From contig OZ024753.1 of assembly GCA_964016885.1 (NCBI GenBank), forward strand, positions 25,234,001 to 25,298,000: DNA of 64,000 nt. Reading direction: 5' to 3'. Positions 61,201-64,000 of the stretch are shown here, one piece after another (within the stretch, counting starts at the first letter, position 1; each line of letters opens with the position of its first letter). The notes under the pieces are model-generated. The model had not been told where the DNA came from and did not search any database. It saw only the letters and a program-made list of their open reading frames with translations. Both the position numbers and the translations under genes were made by a program. The stretch comes from Eledone cirrhosa. Lineage: Eukaryota.

Positions 61201-64000
61201 ATGATAGTAATAACTCCAACCAAGATATAGAAACAGGATAGTAATAACTCCAACCAAGACATAGAAACAGGATCGTAATAACTCCAACCAAAATATGGAA
61301 ACATGATAGTAATAACTCCAATCAAGACATAGAAACAGGATAGTAATAACTCCAACCAAGACATAGAAACAGGATAGTAATAACTCCAACCAAGACATAG
61401 AAACAGGATAGTAATAAGTCCAACCAAGACATAGAAACAGGATAGTAATAACTCCAGCCAAGATATTGAAACAGGATAGTAATAACTCCAACCAAGACAT
61501 AGAAACAGGATAGTAATAACTCCAGCCAAGATATAGAAACAGGATAGTAATAACTCCAACCAAGACATAGAAACAGGATAGTAATAACTCCATCCAAGAT
61601 ATAGAAAAATGATAGTAATAACTCCAGCCAAGATATAGAAACAGGTTAGTAATAACTCCAACCAAGACATAGAAACAGGATAGTAATAACTCCAACCAAG
61701 ATATAGAAACATGATAGTAATAACTGCAGTCAAGATATAGAAACATGATAGTAATAACTCCAACCAAGATATAGAAACATGATAGTAATAACTCCAACCA
61801 AGACATAGAAACAGGATAGTAATAACTCCAACCAAGACATAGAAACAGGATAGTATTAACTCCAGACAAGACATAGAAACAGGATAGTAATAACTCCAGA
61901 CAAGACAGAGAAACATGATAGTAATAACTCCAAACAAGACATAGAAATAGTATAGTAATAACTCCAGACAAGACAGAGAAACATGATAGTAATAACTGCA
62001 GACAAGATATAGAAACATGATAGTAATAACTCCAACCAAGATATAGAAACATGATAGTAATAACTCCAACCAAGACATAGAAACAGGATAGTAATAAGTC
62101 CAGACAAGATATAGAAACATGATAGTAATAACTCCAACCAAGATATAGAAACATGATAGTAATAACTCCAACCAAGACATAGAAAAATGATAGTAATAAC
62201 TCCAACCAAGACATAGAAACAGTATAGTAATAACTCCAACCAAGACATAGAAACAGGATAGTAATAACTCCAGACAAGACATAGAAACAGGATAGTAATA
62301 ACTCCAGACAAGACATAGAAACATGATAGTAATAACTCCAACCAAGATATAGAAACATGATAGTAATAACTCCAACCAAGACATAGAAACAGGATAGTAA
62401 TAACTCCAGACAAGACATAGAAACAGGATAGTAATAACTCCAGACAAGACATAGAAACATGATAGTAATAACTCCAACCAAAATATAGAAACATGATATT
62501 AATAACTCCAACCAAGATATAGAAACATGACAGTAATAACTCCAACCAAGACATAGAAACATGATAGTAATAACTCCAGTCAAGATATAGAAACATGATA
62601 GTAATAACTCCAGTCAAGATATAGAAACATGATAGTAATAACTCCAACCAAGATATAGAAACATGATAGTAATAACTCCAGTCAAGATATAAAAACATGA
62701 TAGTAATAACTCCAACCAAGATATAGAAACATGACAGTAATATCTCCAACCAAGACATAGAAACATGATAGTAATAACTCCAGTCAAGATATAGAAACAT
62801 GATAGTAATAATTCCAGTCAAGATATAGAAACATGATAGTAATAACTCCAGTCAAGATATAGAAACATGATAGTAATAACTCCAGTCAAGATATAGAAAC
62901 ATGATAGTAATAACTCCAGTCAAGATATAGAAACATGATAGTAATAACTCCAATCAAGACATAGAAACATGATAGTAATAACTCCAGTCAAGATATAGAA
63001 ACATGATAGTAATAACTCCAGTCAAGACATAGAAACATGATAGTAATAACTCCAGTCAAGACATAGAAACATAATAGTAATAACTCCAGTCAAGATATAG
63101 AAACATAATAGTAATAACTCCAATCAAGGTATAGAAACATGATAGTAATAACTCCAGTCAAGATATAGAAACATGATAGTAATAACTCCAGCCAAGATAT
63201 AGAAACATGATAGTAATAACTCCAACCAAGACATAGAAACATGATAGTAATAACTCCAACCAAGACATAGAAACATGATAGTAATAACTCCAACCAAGAT
63301 ATAGAAACAGGATAGTAATAACTCCAACCAAGACATAGAAACAGGATCGTAATAACTCCAACCAAAATATGGAAACATGATAGTAATAACTCCAATCAAG
63401 ACATCGAAACAGGATAGTAATAGCTCCAACCAAGACATAGAAACAGAATAGTAATAACTCCAACCAAGACATAGAAACAGGATAGTAATAAGTCAAACCA
63501 AGACATAGAAACAGGATAGTAATAACTCCAGCCAAGATATTGAAACAGGATAGTAATAACTCCAACCAAGACATAGAAACAGGATAGTAATAACTCCAGC
63601 CATGATATAGAAACAGGATAGTAATAACTCCAACCAAGATATAGAAACATGATAGTAATAACTCCAGCCAAGATATAGAAACAGGTTAGTAATAACTCCA
63701 ACCAAGACATAGAAACAGGATAGTAATAACTCCAACCAAGATATAGAAACATGATAGTAATAATTGCAGTCAAGATATAGAAACATGATAGTAATAACTC
63801 CAGTCAAGATATAGAAACATGATAGTAATAACTCCAACCAAGACATAGAAACAGGATAGTATTAACTCCAGACAAGACATAGAAACAGGATAGTAATAAC
63901 TCCAGACAAGACAGAGAAACATGATAGTAATAACTCCAAACAAGACATAGAAATAGGATAGTAATAACTCCAGGCAAGGCATAGAAATAGTATAGTAATA
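53400..64000. repeat. Large imperfect duplication with offsets of 4,760 then 4,658 bp (137-140 monomers)
   Basis: ORF and marker pairs are 54420/59180 (+4760), 55134/59792 and 56460/61118 (+4658). gacagtaatatctcc occurs at about 58075 and 62733. Confidence 0.78.

Larger units (their letters stand above)
1..64000. repeat. 34-bp tandem satellite/minisatellite array, about 1,882 complete monomers, head-to-tail, single orientation, open at both window ends
   Basis: The unit ACATGATAGTAATAACTCCAACCAAGACATAGAA starts at 1, 35, 69 and so on. Phase was checked at 443, 476, 3298, 3331, 5881, 16863, 16932, 42806, 42873 and 63987 and fits 34-bp periodicity with four 1-bp indels. This consensus is 17 A, 7 C, 6 T, 4 G, with no CpG. 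Confidence 0.99.

Noticed and set aside
769-63982. Roughly 230 minus-strand ORFs (60-941 aa) that look like multi-pass membrane proteins
   Set aside because: They overlap in all three frames with the same 34-aa motif, and they start and stop wherever repeat variants fall. They have no unique domain, and the hydrophobicity follows from the T-rich strand. Not called as CDS.
1-64000. CRISPR array: the unit is 34 bp, and ATAGAAAC or the variant ATTGAAAC resembles the ends of some CRISPR repeats
   Set aside because: There are no unique spacers, since monomers abut directly. There is also no leader, no cas gene and no clear hairpin.
1-64000. Rolling-circle, concatemer or reverse-transcriptase (DGR/DRT-like) product, or a sequencing artefact
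   Set aside because: Variants are inherited in nested duplicated blocks with shared derived mutations, which indicates genomic evolution rather than copying of one template or random error. No RT or template region is present.
1-64000. tRNA, rRNA, transposon, inverted block, promoter or terminator
   Set aside because: No non-repeat sequence, orientation switch or substantial hairpin was seen anywhere in the window.

Overview
The whole 64 kb window is one uninterrupted head-to-tail tandem array of a 34-bp monomer, consensus ACA[T/G]GATAGTAATAACTCCA[AC/GT/GA/GC/AT/AA]CAAGA[C/T]ATAGAA. It holds about 1,882 full copies plus a partial copy and runs off both ends. I see no unique sequence, spacers, strand switch, mobile element, RNA gene or credible protein gene. 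The many minus-strand ORFs are a by-product of the repeat: that strand of the consensus has no stop codon in any frame, and 34 mod 3 = 1, so all three frames give the same 34-aa motif. The informative signal is the order of monomer variants. Three hypervariable sites form a code, and recurring monomer modules build higher-order repeats (HORs) of about 1-4.8 kb. There are several very recent block duplications and only four 1-bp indels. The array is layered: a distinct central domain (about 17-42.8 kb) lies between two flanks that share rare variants. Each ATG-type monomer also holds a complete 9-codon mini-ORF on the + strand. The best reading is satellite/minisatellite DNA, probably eukaryotic (inference). 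The organism cannot be determined, and nothing here demonstrates a new gene system. All marker counts and absences were read by eye.
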